In this document: positions 1 to 14,285 of the stretch, piece by piece
How positions within the stretch are numbered: the stretch's first letter is position 1
Layout of the letters: each line of letters starts with the position of its first letter
NCBI RefSeq assembly: GCF_006345805.1
Contig: NW_021832227.1
Location: forward strand, 124,001-188,000
DNA: 64,000 nt
Origin: Octopus sinensis
Lineage: Eukaryota
Direction of reading: 5' to 3'
Notes under the pieces: model-generated
Databases searched by the model: none
The model's input: the letters and a program-made list of their open reading frames with translations, nothing else
Told to the model about the DNA's origin: nothing
Made by a program: the position numbers and the translations under genes

Positions 1-649
1 ACACAATTGTAACTATAGTTATTTCTCCTAACAACTAAATTTGTTAACTCTGCTTTTAATTGTTGCCATATTAATTCATCAGCATTATTTTTCGTGCTAT
101 AAATTTAATCTAGATTAACAGACTCTGTTGCTAAGATTTTTCTTAAGTACAAGCACTTTAAACTTACCATTATTTTTTGCAGAGATTTAGAAGATTATTT
201 TCTTATTGTAAAGAGAAGTTATTAGATTTTTTTATTTAGTGATATACTTAAAACCGATTTTCCTATTCTGTTATTGGATAAAATAATTTGCAAACATTCA
301 ACATGACTTTAACCACTGATGGTGTTCAAAAAGGATTCAGCTGCAATTTTTTGTAACAATTGCAAGTCAATCTGTTCGCAATCTGTCTTCAATATTATAA
401 TTATTAACTAATTTTGCTAATTTATATTATTAAAAAAAGTTCATGAATATCTTAAAGAAACAGTCCCTGTTATCTAAACCAGTCAGAATATATTCTGTTT
501 ACTGAAACCTTGTTCTATTTTGATAAAATCCCATAAGAAACGCGGCAATTTTGTGAACTAAAGCGAAAAGAAAAATCTATTTCATCACAATCACATATTT
601 CTCTCATAGTAAATATTGAAAAGCAAAATTTGAATAGATTTCAAAATAT

Positions 650-2830
650 AATTATTTGTGATCACTATTAAAAGGAAGACACGACACCACTTCTTCGGAT
701 ATCTACTTTTACTCTTTAAACCTAACATCAAATATTACATGGAACACAATGCATCAGCTATCATCAGCTAATACAGCAATCCTAATACAAACTTATGCCC
801 TAATCAACATTCTGAACAATAACATTTTCATAAACTACAAAAGATCCAGATAGAGTCTTCATCAAACCGAAACAAAAAAACTTTTCTCGGAAATTATATG
901 AGACAAACGCCTATCAAATATACATAAATCCAACAAGCTTTTCACTGTTATTATCTCGAAAGCAGCGAAAAGACACATCCTCATGGGGAACATTAAGAAA
1001 TACAACCCGTACTACATCAAAGAAATAGCAGATTTACTGAAAGATTTCGACAACCTCAAACATAATACGTCTCGGTCAAGAATCACGGATATTGCCACCC
1101 GACTAAGGGAACTAAACAAGAACAAACTCAAGAAAAGGAATAAAGAAAACTGGCGTCAGTTCGCCAATACCCTCAACTAAAAAACAAAAATACTCTTCAA
1201 AACAATAAACAGAGTCGTTAACTCCAACAATGAAGAAACTCACGAGTCTATAAAATTTTAAAATGGTCTACCTACTGACAAAGAACATGCCAATCTGTTG
1301 ATGAAACACTTCAAAAACCTCAGCCACCGCAAACAAGACTGTCGCTCATACAAACCACGAGTACAAAAATACCCCCTTGACCACAATTCCAATCCATTCA
1401 CCAAGAAGAAGTAAAAAAACGTAATTGCCAACCTCACACAATCCCATGCAACTGGACCCGATAACATTAGCAGTTTCCACCTAAAGGGTTGGGTGATCAT
1501 TGATTAAAATATCTCACATCGATACTAAATGAATCTTTTAACAACAACACCATCCCACGAATATGGAAAATTTGGAAAATTGTCACGAAATTAAAACCAC
1601 ATAAACCAGCTGCCGACCCATCATCATACAAACCAATCACACTTCTGTGCACCTCCTCAAAAATAATGGAACGTCTAGTTCTAAACAGAATATCTTATAA
1701 ACATCCAATTAGCAAAACGCAATATGGCTTCAGACATTCAACGACAACTGTACTCACAAATATGACACAAACAATATCAAACGTACTCAACAAAAAAAAC
1801 CCTCCCGTTCGGAAAATATTAATCACCTTGGATCTAGGCAAAGCTTTTGACTCCATTCCACGACTCCCATTAATAAACAAAATATCGATAATAACTCAAA
1901 AAGATAGATATCTAATTACCTCAGTGTGAGACAAAGTTATGTCCAACTCAACAAAAAACGCTCAAATACAAGCATCATCCCCAATAAAATTCTTTGGGGC
2001 TTTATCCTATCCACCACACTTTTCAACACCTACCTAAGTGACATTCCTACACCACCCGAAAATGTATCTCTGTTTCTATACGCAGATGATATTACGATCA
2101 CATCATCAAACATAAATCCAACGGCAGCATGTCGCCAAGTTCAGCCATTCATTGATATCCTGTATAACTGGATTGCTCTATACAGTCTATCTCTATCACC
2201 AACGAAATCATCAGCCACTCTTCCAACAAGTAATACACGAAAACACAATTTCACTTCGACAATCAAAATTTTAAAAATATTCAAAATCCCTCCACACAAA
2301 ACAGTTAAAATACTCTGGATAACGTATACCTTTTTATCATTTCGCCAACACATTTAAAACCTGACTCAAAAATGCAAATGCAAAATGAATGTCCTCCGCT
2401 CACTCACCGAAACAGACTTTGGACAAAACAAGGAATGCCTAATACTCCTATACAAACATTCTTTTAACATTGGAATACGCAAGTCCATCATGGGCGCCTC
2501 TGCTGTCAAAAACACTCCTTCAAAAACTACAATTATTGCAAAACGAAGCACTCAAAATCATTACGGGTTGTATGAAGTCTACTCCGACCGACCATATGCA
2601 TTAGGAAACCAACATGATCAAACTTGTAGACCATCTCGACTTCGCCTCAGCGAGTATGATAAAAAACCACCCAAATCACAATCTCACAACACCAACCCCT
2701 GACAGGAACATCCAAAACATATCAAGCTCCACTACTGCCGTATCCTAAACTCATTCTCTATTAAAAGCCATCGGAAATAAAAGAACTAATAACAAAACCG
2801 AAAACAAGATCCTCAACAATTCCCCCCCCA
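650..2830 (+). mobile_element. Degenerate non-LTR retrotransposon (Jockey/I-like reverse transcriptase), frameshifted
   Basis: RT motifs spread over broken ORFs: ATGPDNI, YKPITLL, QYGFR..STT, LDLGKAFDS, YADD (1666-2357). Many stops and frameshifts. Ends approximate. Confidence 0.85.
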
Positions 2831-3728
2831 AAAATAAACTCAGCTGGTTACTAAAAATTTAGGTTACATCAGGAGACATAAACATATTTTTGGTGTGTTC
2901 ACATAGATTTATGTTAGGAATTTGAATTTAAAAGTCCAAGAGATTATAAAATCACTTTATGCAGTGTAATGGTCTTGAATCAATACAACCATTTCAACTG
3001 AACTAGGAATACAATATAACAAAGGTGATATATTCATTTGGAAAAAAAGAAAATTTAATATAAAGTGGCCGTCATCTTAATAGATAATCTAAAATCAGTA
3101 AAAATTTAAAAACCGCACAAATATAACATTTAAGCCAGCGAATTAAGGTGAAAATTGTTTTCAACTAGGATGAAATTTTTTTTTTATACTAATAGAGAAA
3201 GTGAAAAGGGTTAAAATGCGCAGAGGATGAAATTGTCTCAAAATTCTTCAGAAATATGTGGACTTTCTCAAGATCAAAAAAATGTCTAAGCATATACAAT
3301 TGGTATGAAGAAAACGCTAAAAAGCATAATACTAGAATACAAATTCAGTTCTAAAAATATATCTACCTCAGAAAAAATTTGACGAAGAACACAAATCAAC
3401 AAAGAAACGGCAAGATTTTAAAATTCCAGCTGAACAAAAACACTTCTTAGTAAAAAAAAGTAAGGAGGACTACAAGAGCCAACTTGTCTGCAATTACTAG
3501 AGTTCATTGTCAATTTTTTTAATAAAATGAAAATTTCAAGGGTGATATAAGAAGGACACAAAATATAACACTGTAATTAATATATAAATCTCATCAGAAA
3601 TTACAAATCTTTGCTCAGATTTGATCGCTTTTTGAATATAGTTTTTTAATCGCATTTGTTAAATTTGGTTAATTTTATTTTAATTAAAAAGTATTTGTAT
3701 TATATAAAATTTATATATTCTGTGCAGC

Positions 3729-4220
3729 ATGGATGTTTTCATGAATTATTTTAAAAATGAATTCACCAAAGATGAAATTTTCTTAATTACTCATCCCCGT
3801 TTAGAGAATTTCTTAAATATGGCATTTAAATCTCTCGAAATTGGTGTTCTTGTTGGAAGTCTAGTTATCGGTCCGGCTTATTCAATCTATAGAACACGTG
3901 TCTTGTCAAAATATACTCCGTTAGTTCTCAATTCGCTCAAAATCGGAACAAAAGTTGGTGTCGGATGTGCTATTTTATCTCCTTTACCTTCAGTCCCTTA
4001 TTTATTTAAGGAAAGTGACTATTTTTACAATCAGTGTTATGTATATCGGCAAAATTCTATTTTTCGGAGCATTGACAGGAATGTGATTTTATTTGTTCTT
4101 TTTACAACCGTTTTTTGTCTAGTAAAGAAAGCCAATTTATCTGTCGGTTTCTCTGGTGCTGTGAACTTTGGAATTGTTTATGGTCTTGCTCATTCTTTCA
4201 ATACTTTAACAAAAATTTGA
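3729..4220 (+). CDS. Uncharacterised intronless 163-aa membrane protein
   Basis: Clean ORF with Gly-rich hydrophobic segments. The CYVYRQN..RSIDR stretch recalls a small conserved animal membrane-protein family (from memory, not searched). Confidence 0.6.
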   Translation: MDVFMNYFKNEFTKDEIFLITHPRLENFLNMAFKSLEIGVLVGSLVIGPAYSIYRTRVLSKYTPLVLNSLKIGTKVGVGCAILSPLPSVPYLFKESDYFYNQCYVYRQNSIFRSIDRNVILFVLFTTVFCLVKKANLSVGFSGAVNFGIVYGLAHSFNTLTKI

Positions 4221-6399
4221 TTTCCCGTTCATAAATATTAAATAATTTACGTGTCTATTTTTTATGAAAATTAACTTTCGACCGGTGTTTTGTAAACTTT
4301 AGGTTTAGTAATTAAGTGTATTAATATTACTTTTGAAAATTGACAAAAAAAGTATTTTTTAGGTATTGCTTGATTGAATCTTCCGTCGTATTTGATGTTA
4401 TAATTTTGTTTTATTTGTGACAATTGACAAAATTTATCAAAGTTGATATTATTAATAGCACTTTCACAGGACCAAAGAACGTTATGTTAACTAAGGTCCC
4501 GTTTGTGCCAGCCACATATTATTTACAAAAAAAATAAGTAACTATTTATTTTTAAAAATCCGAAATAAGTTACATCTTGTCCTTTTATTGGCGTGCGGCT
4601 GAAGAAGACTATAAAGCCCAAGACATTTCATCCGGAGTCTAACTTGTGATCATAATTTAAAATTTTTGTAACAAATCCAAAGCAGCTTTCGATTAAACAA
4701 ATATAAATTGTCACGCACCGGCAGCCACTATCGCATGTGTGTTTTCATGAAGAACTGCAATTCCAATGTGTTGGCGAAGGCAATACCCCTCGCGACTGTC
4801 CCTCCTTCGTTTACCCAGCATCACACCAATTTCCTTAAGAAATTTCAAATTACTTTCAGATATAGAAATAAAAAAGACTTTATATACTCTGAATATTTTT
4901 TAATTAAATTTAGAGGAGAAAAACGAGTTAGTTTTTAAGAGAATCTCGGAAATGATGCTTAAATAAAACTAACAAAACGAAACCTTTTTTATTTGATTAG
5001 ATATTGAATTTTTAGCCAATGTTTATGATTACTTTTCATTTATAGAGAAAGGCCAAATGTTAATAAAAATAAAATTTTATTAATTGTTGGTAACGCCCTG
5101 TCACCACTAATGTTCGTAATTATTTTATATTATAGCAATAATGTTCTTTGATTTAGGTACGATTGTTAAGTTGAATAGCTTATAAATAATAAAATAGAAT
5201 GGAAAATAAAAGAAAATGCAAACCAAATTATTTTATAAAAATAGAATATGGATATTATGCGTCGATTTTGATCAAAATTTATGAAAACTACGAAATTAAA
5301 GATTTTTAACAATTTTCAATAAAACTTAAATTTCATGTTATAGTAGCTAATTCTAATTAATAAGAATATTTTTCCTTTTAAGACCTATATCATTGACTTG
5401 TCATTTCCTTATGTTTCTTCTGTTTATTAACAATGGAAAGTAATTTATCGATAGTTCGGGCTCTTATATTTTATAGATGATTTTTACCCTTGAAATCTGA
5501 TTGTTACTGTCTTCAATTTTTAGATCATGTGTTAATCCTAATCTCGCGCTAATTGAGTGGTATTATCGGAATTTACATTGTGTTTTAATTTCTACACTTT
5601 TCACTACTTTATTTTATATAAATAAATAGTATAGAGATTACCGTGCTTATTTTTTTCCGTTTAGTTTTTCTAATACTTCAGGCTGAAATATATTTTTTGA
5701 TTTTCTATATTTATTGTTGGTTAACGCTTCGTCATCGTTTTCAACTTTCAAAGCGATTTTTGACGTAAAGATAAATAAAAAGGCTTAAATATTTCGAACC
5801 AGAGAATAGTTTTTTTGAAAGGGAATTCTTTGAGTTCAAAACACATTCATTTCAGTGTTTTCAGATATAAAATAAAATGAAAAGAATTTTTTTGGTTTTG
5901 TCTAGACAATCTCAAAATTAAATGTCTCAAAGTTCCTTAGTTGTAAAGTTCTTTGCATTTCAAACGTTGGATTTTTTAAAGACAAAATCCAAAACTGCAA
6001 TTTTTGTATGATTTTGGATTTTTCAAACAGTGATTGGCTTTGTTCTTAATATGTCCAAGACATTTAAAAATATTTGTTTGGCTTTGTCGCTTATTGTCAT
6101 TGCTAATTATATCCCATTTTATGTGGTTATTATTATAACCGTCCCGCAAGATGGTAACGTAATGTTGAAATCTCGCACTGGCCAGCCACATAAGATCAAG
6201 ACAGAGAGAGAACATGTTATTAAGAAACTAACTAATCCAAACAAAGAGAATCCAAACGAAGACGTGTGTCTCTGCTCCATCTATTTTTCTTTTATGCTGT
6301 GGCTGAGATAGACATCCGGTTCCTCAGTGGTATCACTGATTTATGTGGTTGTCAAAATTTATTTGACAATAAGTGAAAATTTAAGTTGGAACAACAAAA

Positions 6400-6546
6400 T
6401 ATAGCCGGTATTCGGAAAAGAGGAGATCCGGTATATAGAAATTGAAATAGCAGTGATGGCTTATGAGGTGAATCGGGACCAGAAGTTTATTCCGGTTTTA
6501 AGGGAATTCCGATATACCGAGAAGTCGGTTTAGAGGGGTTTGACTG
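6400..6546. mobile_element. Single end of a pogo/Tigger-like (Tc1/mariner) element
   Basis: Ends ...GTCGGTTTAGAGGGGTTTGACTG|TA with repeated CCGG/CCGA subterminal motifs. The other TIR was not found. Confidence 0.45.
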
Positions 6547-6999
6547 TAATAATTTGTAAATTTGGCTCTTGAAATTAAAGAAATATATTAATTTGATTTG
6601 ATAGTAATCATTATAAATTCATTAGATTCAATTTAAATACTCTTAAAATCTATTGATTTAGAATTAATTTTCTTAAGCTTGAAATTAGATTATCTAACAT
6701 TGTCTAGAAAGCTTTTGAAGTAAATTCCAACATATTTTCTTGAGACATGTAAAATGACTAAACAACATTAATCATTAAATGATTAATTGAAAGTCTCTTT
6801 AAATACATATATTAAGAACGAAGAATTAAAATTTAATCTTGGTAACTTGATTATTTAAATCCAGGTCAAATAGCAGAAAATAAATTAAAATCAGTTTAGT
6901 AAGATAAAATAATTAATTCTATAATTTTCTATATAAAAAAATTAGTTTTATTAAAAGTAAATATAACACCGCGGAGTTTTTAGTAACGTGCTTTTAGTA

Positions 7000-9900
7000 A
7001 TGAACGGTTCGTCTCAATTTAAGCGATTGTCAAAAACTGTCATACCTACATGTTATGACCTTCAAATCAAAACTGATACTGAACAAGAGACATTTTCAGG
7101 GACGGTGACAATTGATTGCTCGGTTCTCTTCATTTCAGATTATTAATATACCAGATTAGTGAACAAATCACCGAAATCTTTCTCCACTGTGTAGATCTGC
7201 AAATCGACGAAGCCAAAATCGAACAATGTAAGTTTTCTAATATTAATTTTTAGCCAAACAGTCTCAATTAGCCACTGTAAGCTTCCAGCCTGAGAAAGAA
7301 GGAATTCTTCTCCAAGTTCCAGAAGAAATAGTAAAAATCATTTTAATGAAAATAGAACGTTGGAAATGCAAAGATTTCAATTCGTTATTCTGGGAAACTA
7401 AACCAGTACATGAAGGGATATTATAAAACTACTTATGTTAATGAGGGACAGACCATCAAGTGTGCGGCTACTCAATTTGAGGTTTACTGGACTTGGAGAG
7501 TTCTCATAGCCCGCTGACGCTCGGAGGGCACTTCCTTGCTTTGATGAGCCTGACTTTAAAGCGACTTTTTTGGTTAGTCTTATAGCCAAGTCTGATCAAC
7601 AAATGCTGTCCAATATGGTGGGAAATTAAATATAAGTTTTTTAAGGAAATTGACACTTGTGAGCCATTTGAAGAGGAAGGATTGGTTATAACAAGGTTTA
7701 AAATGACACCGATCATGTCTACTTATCTTTTGGCTTTTGTTGTCGGTTCATATGACTATGTCGAAGATTATGACCCGAATGGAGTCCGTGTGAGGATTTA
7801 TACCAGTCTTGGAAGAAGCGAGGAGGGCAGAATTGCTTTAAATGTTTTTTTAAAGTTTTTTATCATTAGATTGCGACAAAGGCACTTGCGTATTATGCCG
7901 AGTTCTTTGACTATCCATTTGCCCTCAAAAAATGCGATATGATTGCTCTTGCTGATTTTGCTATGGGTTTTTTAACATTTAAAAATCTAAAGGTGCTATG
8001 GAAAACTGGGGTTTGGTTACATACAGAGAGACAGCCCTTCTGGCTACTGAGTCTTCCTCCATGGGAATAAAACAGAGAGTGGCCATTGTAGTTACTCACG
8101 AATTGGCACATATGTGGTTTGGGAATCTTGTGACGATGGTTTTTTAAATTTTATGTTGAGTTTTCAGGATTGGTGGACATATTTATGGCTGAACGAGGGA
8201 TTCGCCACTTGGATATCTTATTATTGTGTAGACCATATTTTTCCAGAATACGACATTTGGACAAAATTCCAAGTTGAACAAATTGTACGTGCAATGGAGC
8301 TTGATTCTTTGGACACAAGCCATCCAATTGAAGTAAGAATTGGATACTCATTGCTTCTAAGGTGGCTGTGGGCGGCCCTTCTGAGATTGAGGAGATTTTT
8401 GATATCATATCTTATGCGAAGGGATCTTCTGTTATTGGGTATCTTTACAATTTCATAGGAGAAGAAGTATTTTTCTTTTTTTAAATGTTTATAGAATTTC
8501 CGCAATGGACTACGGGTTTATCTAAAACGTCATGCATATCGGAATACCGTGACGTCCGACTTGTGGACTGCCTTGAACGAAGTGAGTGAAATGGACGTGG
8601 CCGGAATCATGGATTTCTGGATCACCAAAAAAGGCTTTCCTTACATTTCGGTGGATTGTGAGTAATATGTTTTAAGATTTCTGCCTCTGAGGTTGACGGA
8701 ATGATGGAATTCTCAGTCAAACAAAATCAGTGTATGAAAAACGCGGGTTTTATTTTATTTTTTGAGTTGTTAGAAAACTCATTTTGTTGGCAAATACCGT
8801 ATAATCTCATCCAAAAATCAAATCCAACAAAAATTATTAATTATTTATTGAGTGAGAGACAATCAACGTTCCAGCTAAGTGGATCTATCGACCAATGGGT
8901 TAAGGTATTTGGGTTATTTGGTTTCTACTTTTTTGTAGTTAAATGTTGGCAATAGCGGGTTTTACAGAGTAAAATATGTTGGTTCTCTGAAAGATATGCT
9001 TATTGACGGAGTGCAAGATGTAAAGTCCGACGGTACAAGTGTTTTAAACATTCGCGACAAAGTCGGACTGTTGAATGATTTTCTTTCCCTCGTTTGCTTA
9101 GATTTAATTTTTGATAAATAGGCGTCTATTGGAGAGATGACGTTTGTCGACTGTTTAAGATTGTCTTGGAATCTTCGAAATGAGGTGAACTATGCGATTT
9201 GGGATTCTATTTTCAATTTATTCTCTGCTATCGACAATATTTTTGTCTCAACTGATTCATATCCCGCTTTTGTACAGTTGGTTAACCGATTTGTGAGTAT
9301 TCCGTATGAGAAAGTTGGTTGGACTGTTGTTGAAGGGGAAGGTTTTTTTTGTTTTAGAGTTTTAAAGACTGTTCTATTTCACTTCTTCGTTCACGGGTGT
9401 TTGGTGTGATGGCAAAGTATGGATTTGGTGATTTCCGTGAGAAATCTCGTTCAATGTTTGGAGGAATTACAAATGGGACGCAAATTCATGCTGATATTCA
9501 AACCTCGGTAACAAACATGATGATTATTGTAGGTTTTTGTGTCAGTGATGATGGAAGGGACTGAGATGAGTGATGTGGACAATCTAATTGGAATATACAA
9601 CAATTCAGTTCTCAGTGAAGAGAAAAACAGAATATTAGCATCCCTTGGGTATACAACTAACCAAGAAGTGGTCAAACGAGTGATTGACTTCTCAGAGACG
9701 GTTTGACGTTTATGTTGATTGTAGGACGCTGTGCGAATGCAAGACTATCCTTGGATTATTGCCAGTCTTTCTTCGTTGAGGAGTAATATTCCGTTTATGT
9801 GGAATTACTTGAAAACCAACTATTCCACAATTCTTGCTAGGCTTCCTGCATTTTCTCTAATGTCAAGAGTTATTTCGGTTAGTTTTTTGATTGAGTTATT

Positions 9901-10114
9901 TTCAGCCGGTCACTGGAAAATTTAACACTGCTGAGGAGATTGAGGATATGGAGGTTTTTTATTTGTAAAGATTTGTTAGCGTTTCTTTTCAACCGTTGAT
10001 ATTAGTTCCGTTCGCCGGTGTGTTACGCAATCAATTGAAATGGCACGAGTCAGGAAGTCCCTATATGAGGACAATTTTTCAGACATTTGTCAGTATTTGT
10101 CTGAATCTAGTTAA
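7000..10114 (+). CDS. NPEPPS: M1 family puromycin-sensitive-type aminopeptidase, about 19 micro-introns
   Basis: Splicing GT-AG introns of 24-34 nt gives a continuous frame with [56 protein letters not shown] and ISYAKG; stop TAA at 10112-10114. Confidence 0.93.
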
Positions 10115-10519
10115 ATTTGGTTTCCCTGTTTTTCTTTGTTATGATTTTGTTTCTTTCAGTTCCTAATTGTTTTTTTGTTTTTGTTAGTTTAGATGAAAAT
10201 TTGTGATTACGTTTGTTTTCCATATTTTTCTTTAGATAAAAATATGTAATAATGTAATATTCCGGGGAATCGTCATGTTCATAGAATTTGATAAAATCTA
10301 TAGTCTGGTGTTTGGATAAGTAAAATTTTATATCTTTTGAAGTTTAAATTAGAGTGTAAAATTAGTTTTATTTTCTTTAAATTCTGTAAATTGCAGTTCC
10401 TCATAAAAAATAAATATTACATCAATCCGCTATTCTATTTTTCATTTAATTTTAACATTTTGAAAAAAAATTATTGAATAATTAACATCTTATTAATAAC
10501 TAGATTATTTATTTTCAAA

Positions 10520-13500
10520 TTATTTCCATTTGTATATTTCTTTAATCGAAGATAATTCATGTTGACCTAAATATTATAATAAAACAGGAAAACCATCTTG
10601 AGTGGTGAGCAACCACACAACAGCTTGATGAACATATTTAAATTGTTGCTAAATTAGTTAATCAATTTGAATTGTATTACCAGGGTTTGTATCATTCCAG
10701 CTCTACATTCCCTCATAGAAGACACAATGTCTTCGATTCGAAAATTAATGTTATTTGCAATGTAATGAAGCACCGTTTCAATAGCAATATATGTTCCAGT
10801 CCTACCTATTCCAGCACTAAATTTATTTAACCAATAAAAAAATACCTGCAATGAACCACTATTTTATCGTCCCCATTTTTAACGCAGTTTGAATAAACGT
10901 GTTTGGAAAATTGAATTATTTCTCCTGGCTCATTAGGCACATTAAAATCGCCCCAAGCCATGTATCGAAATAATTCGACTTTCATCACCCTGGTTTTCTA
11001 AATCGATAAGTACTTTGAAACAAACTGTTGCCAATTCGAGGTTGATTATTATGTATTTTTCGAAATTAGTTTCCTTGACATATTTTACTTTCATAAAATT
11101 CAAAAATAAAATTTGATTGATCTTTGTTGGGAAATAGCATGCGCATTTAATCTAAAAATATTTATCGAATTTACTATTTTATTTTCCACTAATTTAGTCA
11201 ACATTACAATTCCTTTTATATCATTTTGATACACCATTAACCAAAAGTCTTCGATTGTTTCTTGAAGAGGTCCCTGACAGGCAATATACTGCCGATCCGA
11301 GAGGTAGCCCTCATGTAAATTAAAATGATAAATACAGAAATATAGTTTGCATTAATATAATCTGTTTGTCCCTCCAATTCGGTATCCTCAAACTCGCGGG
11401 TCAATATCACACGTGAGTGGTCGACTATAAATATTTAATAAACGTTTAGAATACATGGTAGAACGTTTTTGTATCGGTTTTTTCGAATATTTTCCGACCA
11501 ATAAGCAGCAAATATTTCGCTGTAAACTGAATTTTCTCTAATTTGCTATATTTATAAATATAAATTTATTTCAGCCTACATCAAATAAAGTCTGTAGTCC
11601 AGTAGGATTAGCTAACACTGAATTGATATTATTAATTGTTGATTTCTGGAATTTTTCTTTGTGATTTGAGAATTTTTGTGAGTATAAAGTAGTTCTTTGA
11701 ATTATATTTAGTTTGATACTTTCTTGTAGTCTTCTTGGAAGTATACAAACGATTTTTTATTTTCTTTCGTAGCATAAATAACAGAATTCCAATCAAGAGC
11801 AAAATTGCTGCGGTGATGATTAAAATTAATTCTGTATTCTTTTTTGGCACTTGGGATAATATTTTAAAAGATACCCGTAAAACGTATAGAAGCTGAAATG
11901 CTTTCATGATTATTTGACCGCACTTTAACTGAAATTAAAAGTGGCTTTTTCTTGTTGTTTTTGATTTCAATGAATGAACTCATTGATTTATATACTTCTT
12001 TTTTGTTTTCCCATTCAACTTTTATTACGTATGAACACATTCTTACGAACGCATTGCATGAACTGGGTACTATCCAACTAATTAAAATGCGATCTTTTTT
12101 ATTATAATAGGTTATTCCCGAAACAGGAGGAACCGTTGCATTTATTTCATTTGAAGGTTCTGATATTGTATATCCTTTGGAATTGAACAATGCAATGTAT
12201 AATCTACAATAAAATATATTTATTTACTGAAATCTGCTTCCAGGTTTTATATAATTTTTAACGTCGTAATAATCATTTGTCTTATTCCTTCCGATCAAAA
12301 TTTGTGACAAATTTTGTTTTAATTGAGATAATGAAATTCTTTTTAAGTTCAAAAGAACAAAAGCGTGATGTCCGGCACTATAATTGAACCAAGTTTGTTT
12401 AAAAGTATTTTGATCAATTTTTGAAACTAAAAATATCATAAAATTTAAAACCATATTGGGTTTCACTCAAAATCACCTTTACTTCTGAAAGCAGGCCATT
12501 TTTGTCGTTTAGATATTCACCCAAGTTCACATTAGCAATGCAATAATAATCTGATATTTCAATGTTTTCCCAAATCGACTTTGGAAGTACATCGGGAACT
12601 TAAAAATATTTTCACATGGATACCTAGAGAATCTAGGTGGAATGAATAATTGAAATGCTTTAGAAAAGGGTTTTCTTTTATCACAATCTAAAAAAATATA
12701 AGTTATTAAGAGTTAACCGAGACATTATAATCAGCACTGAAATTTATATCTTGTAATAGTATTTCTTTGGTGCTTATATTAAACAAATAAATATCTTTTT
12801 TCTGAAATATCAAATAAATTAAAGTTTACTGAAGCAAAAGTTTGCTGACATGTGATCATCACATTAAAGCTGCTATTATTCTTATACGATTCCCAATTTA
12901 GTTTTAGGGAATGTTTTGTATTCATGACGGCCACCTGGCTTGTAAAATTTTTAACCATGTCATAATCTAATATAAAAACATTTCTATTACATGTAAAGAC
13001 GGGATCTGAATATTTCCAGTAGAATAGTTTATTTCCTATAAAGTATATCTTCAAGATTCTATTTTTAGTAATAAAGATCAACAAACTTGTAGGAAACACC
13101 CGGTTTTAACTGTTTAATGAAAATATCAAATTTCTTTAATTTATTAAAAGTTGAATAAAATCTCTTTGCTCGACTATTTGTGAAATTTATAGAAGTTGTA
13201 TGATATATATTAGCTGTATTATTTGTGTGATTTATTGAAGTTGAATAAGATCTCCTTGTTGAATTATTCTCACGATTCAATGACATCGTATTATTTATAT
13301 TTGCAGTATTATTCGGTTTTTTAGTAGAAACTGTATTATTTATATTGCCTGTATTATTCTCACGATTCAATGACGTTGTATGATTTGTATTTGCAGTATT
13401 ATTAGGGTTGTTAGTAGAAGTGGCATTATTTATATTGCCGGTACTATTCCAGGATTCAATGACGTTGTATGATTTATGTTTGCAGTATTATTAGGGTTGT

Positions 13501-14285
13501 TAGTAGAAGTGGCATTATTTATATTTGTAGCATTATTCAGACGATTCGTAGAAATTGTATGATTTATATTTGTAGTATTATTTGCATGATTCACTGATGT
13601 CGTAAAATTTCCATTTGCATTGGTTATGTCATTCCCTTTAGTTGTATTATTCCCATAATTTGTTGAAGTTGTATAAGTTGTATTTCTGGGACTATGTATA
13701 TTAATTGCCTCAAAGTTATACTTTTTGCTGGTAGTAGTTGTCGAATAAGTTGTACTGGTTGTATGTGAGCTAGATTTTGTATTGGTAGTATAAGTATTTA
13801 TAGTTGTATTATCTGGATGGTTTGTGGTTTTTCTAGTATAAGTAAATGATATATTATACGTTGTTTGAGTTTTTTTATTATCAGTAGTTCCATTATTAAC
13901 AAAGAAGCTTATATTTTGAGCTACGAAATAGAGATTATCAGCTTTGTAATCAGCAATTGTCCTGCTTAAATTCAAAAAATTTATATCTAGTGGCGTAAAA
14001 TCTATTTTTAGTAAAAAAATAATACTTTTGCTTTCAAAAACAACGACAGAGCATAAACTCACATTATCATTAATTTGTTCCACACAGAGTTCGATTTCGT
14101 TCAACGTCACGTTATTTATGGAACATGAATGGGAATCTAGTTTTTGATTTTGAATAGATTTTACCTGCGAGTGTGTTGCATATCCAAATAAGAAAAACAA
14201 ACTAAAATGTTGTAATAGTACAAAAAAGGATTGTAGTGGTAGTAATAGTATTTTTAAAAATATATAATCAAAAACACCTTACCAT
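10520..14285 (-). CDS. Receptor-type protein tyrosine phosphatase: Asn/Thr-rich stalk, FN3-like region, TM, single PTP domain (R3-like); frameshift in the stalk
   Basis: Spliced motifs KNRYKNVLP, YINANYI, CQGP, W(G)D, HCSAGIGRTG and MIQT..Q; TM LILIITAAILLLIGILLFML followed by RKK. The 5' end is uncertain. Confidence 0.85.
13180..13620 (-). repeat. Coding tandem repeat (45-nt units, 90-nt higher order) encoding an N/T-rich mucin-like stalk
   Basis: TGCAGTATTATT(A/C)GG recurs at about 13302, 13392 and 13481; peptide NTANINHTTSLNRENNTGNINNATSTNNPN. Confidence 0.85.

Noticed and set aside
4590-4660. Penelope-type hammerhead ribozyme (CTGAAGA)
   Set aside because: No correctly placed GAAA or closing helices.
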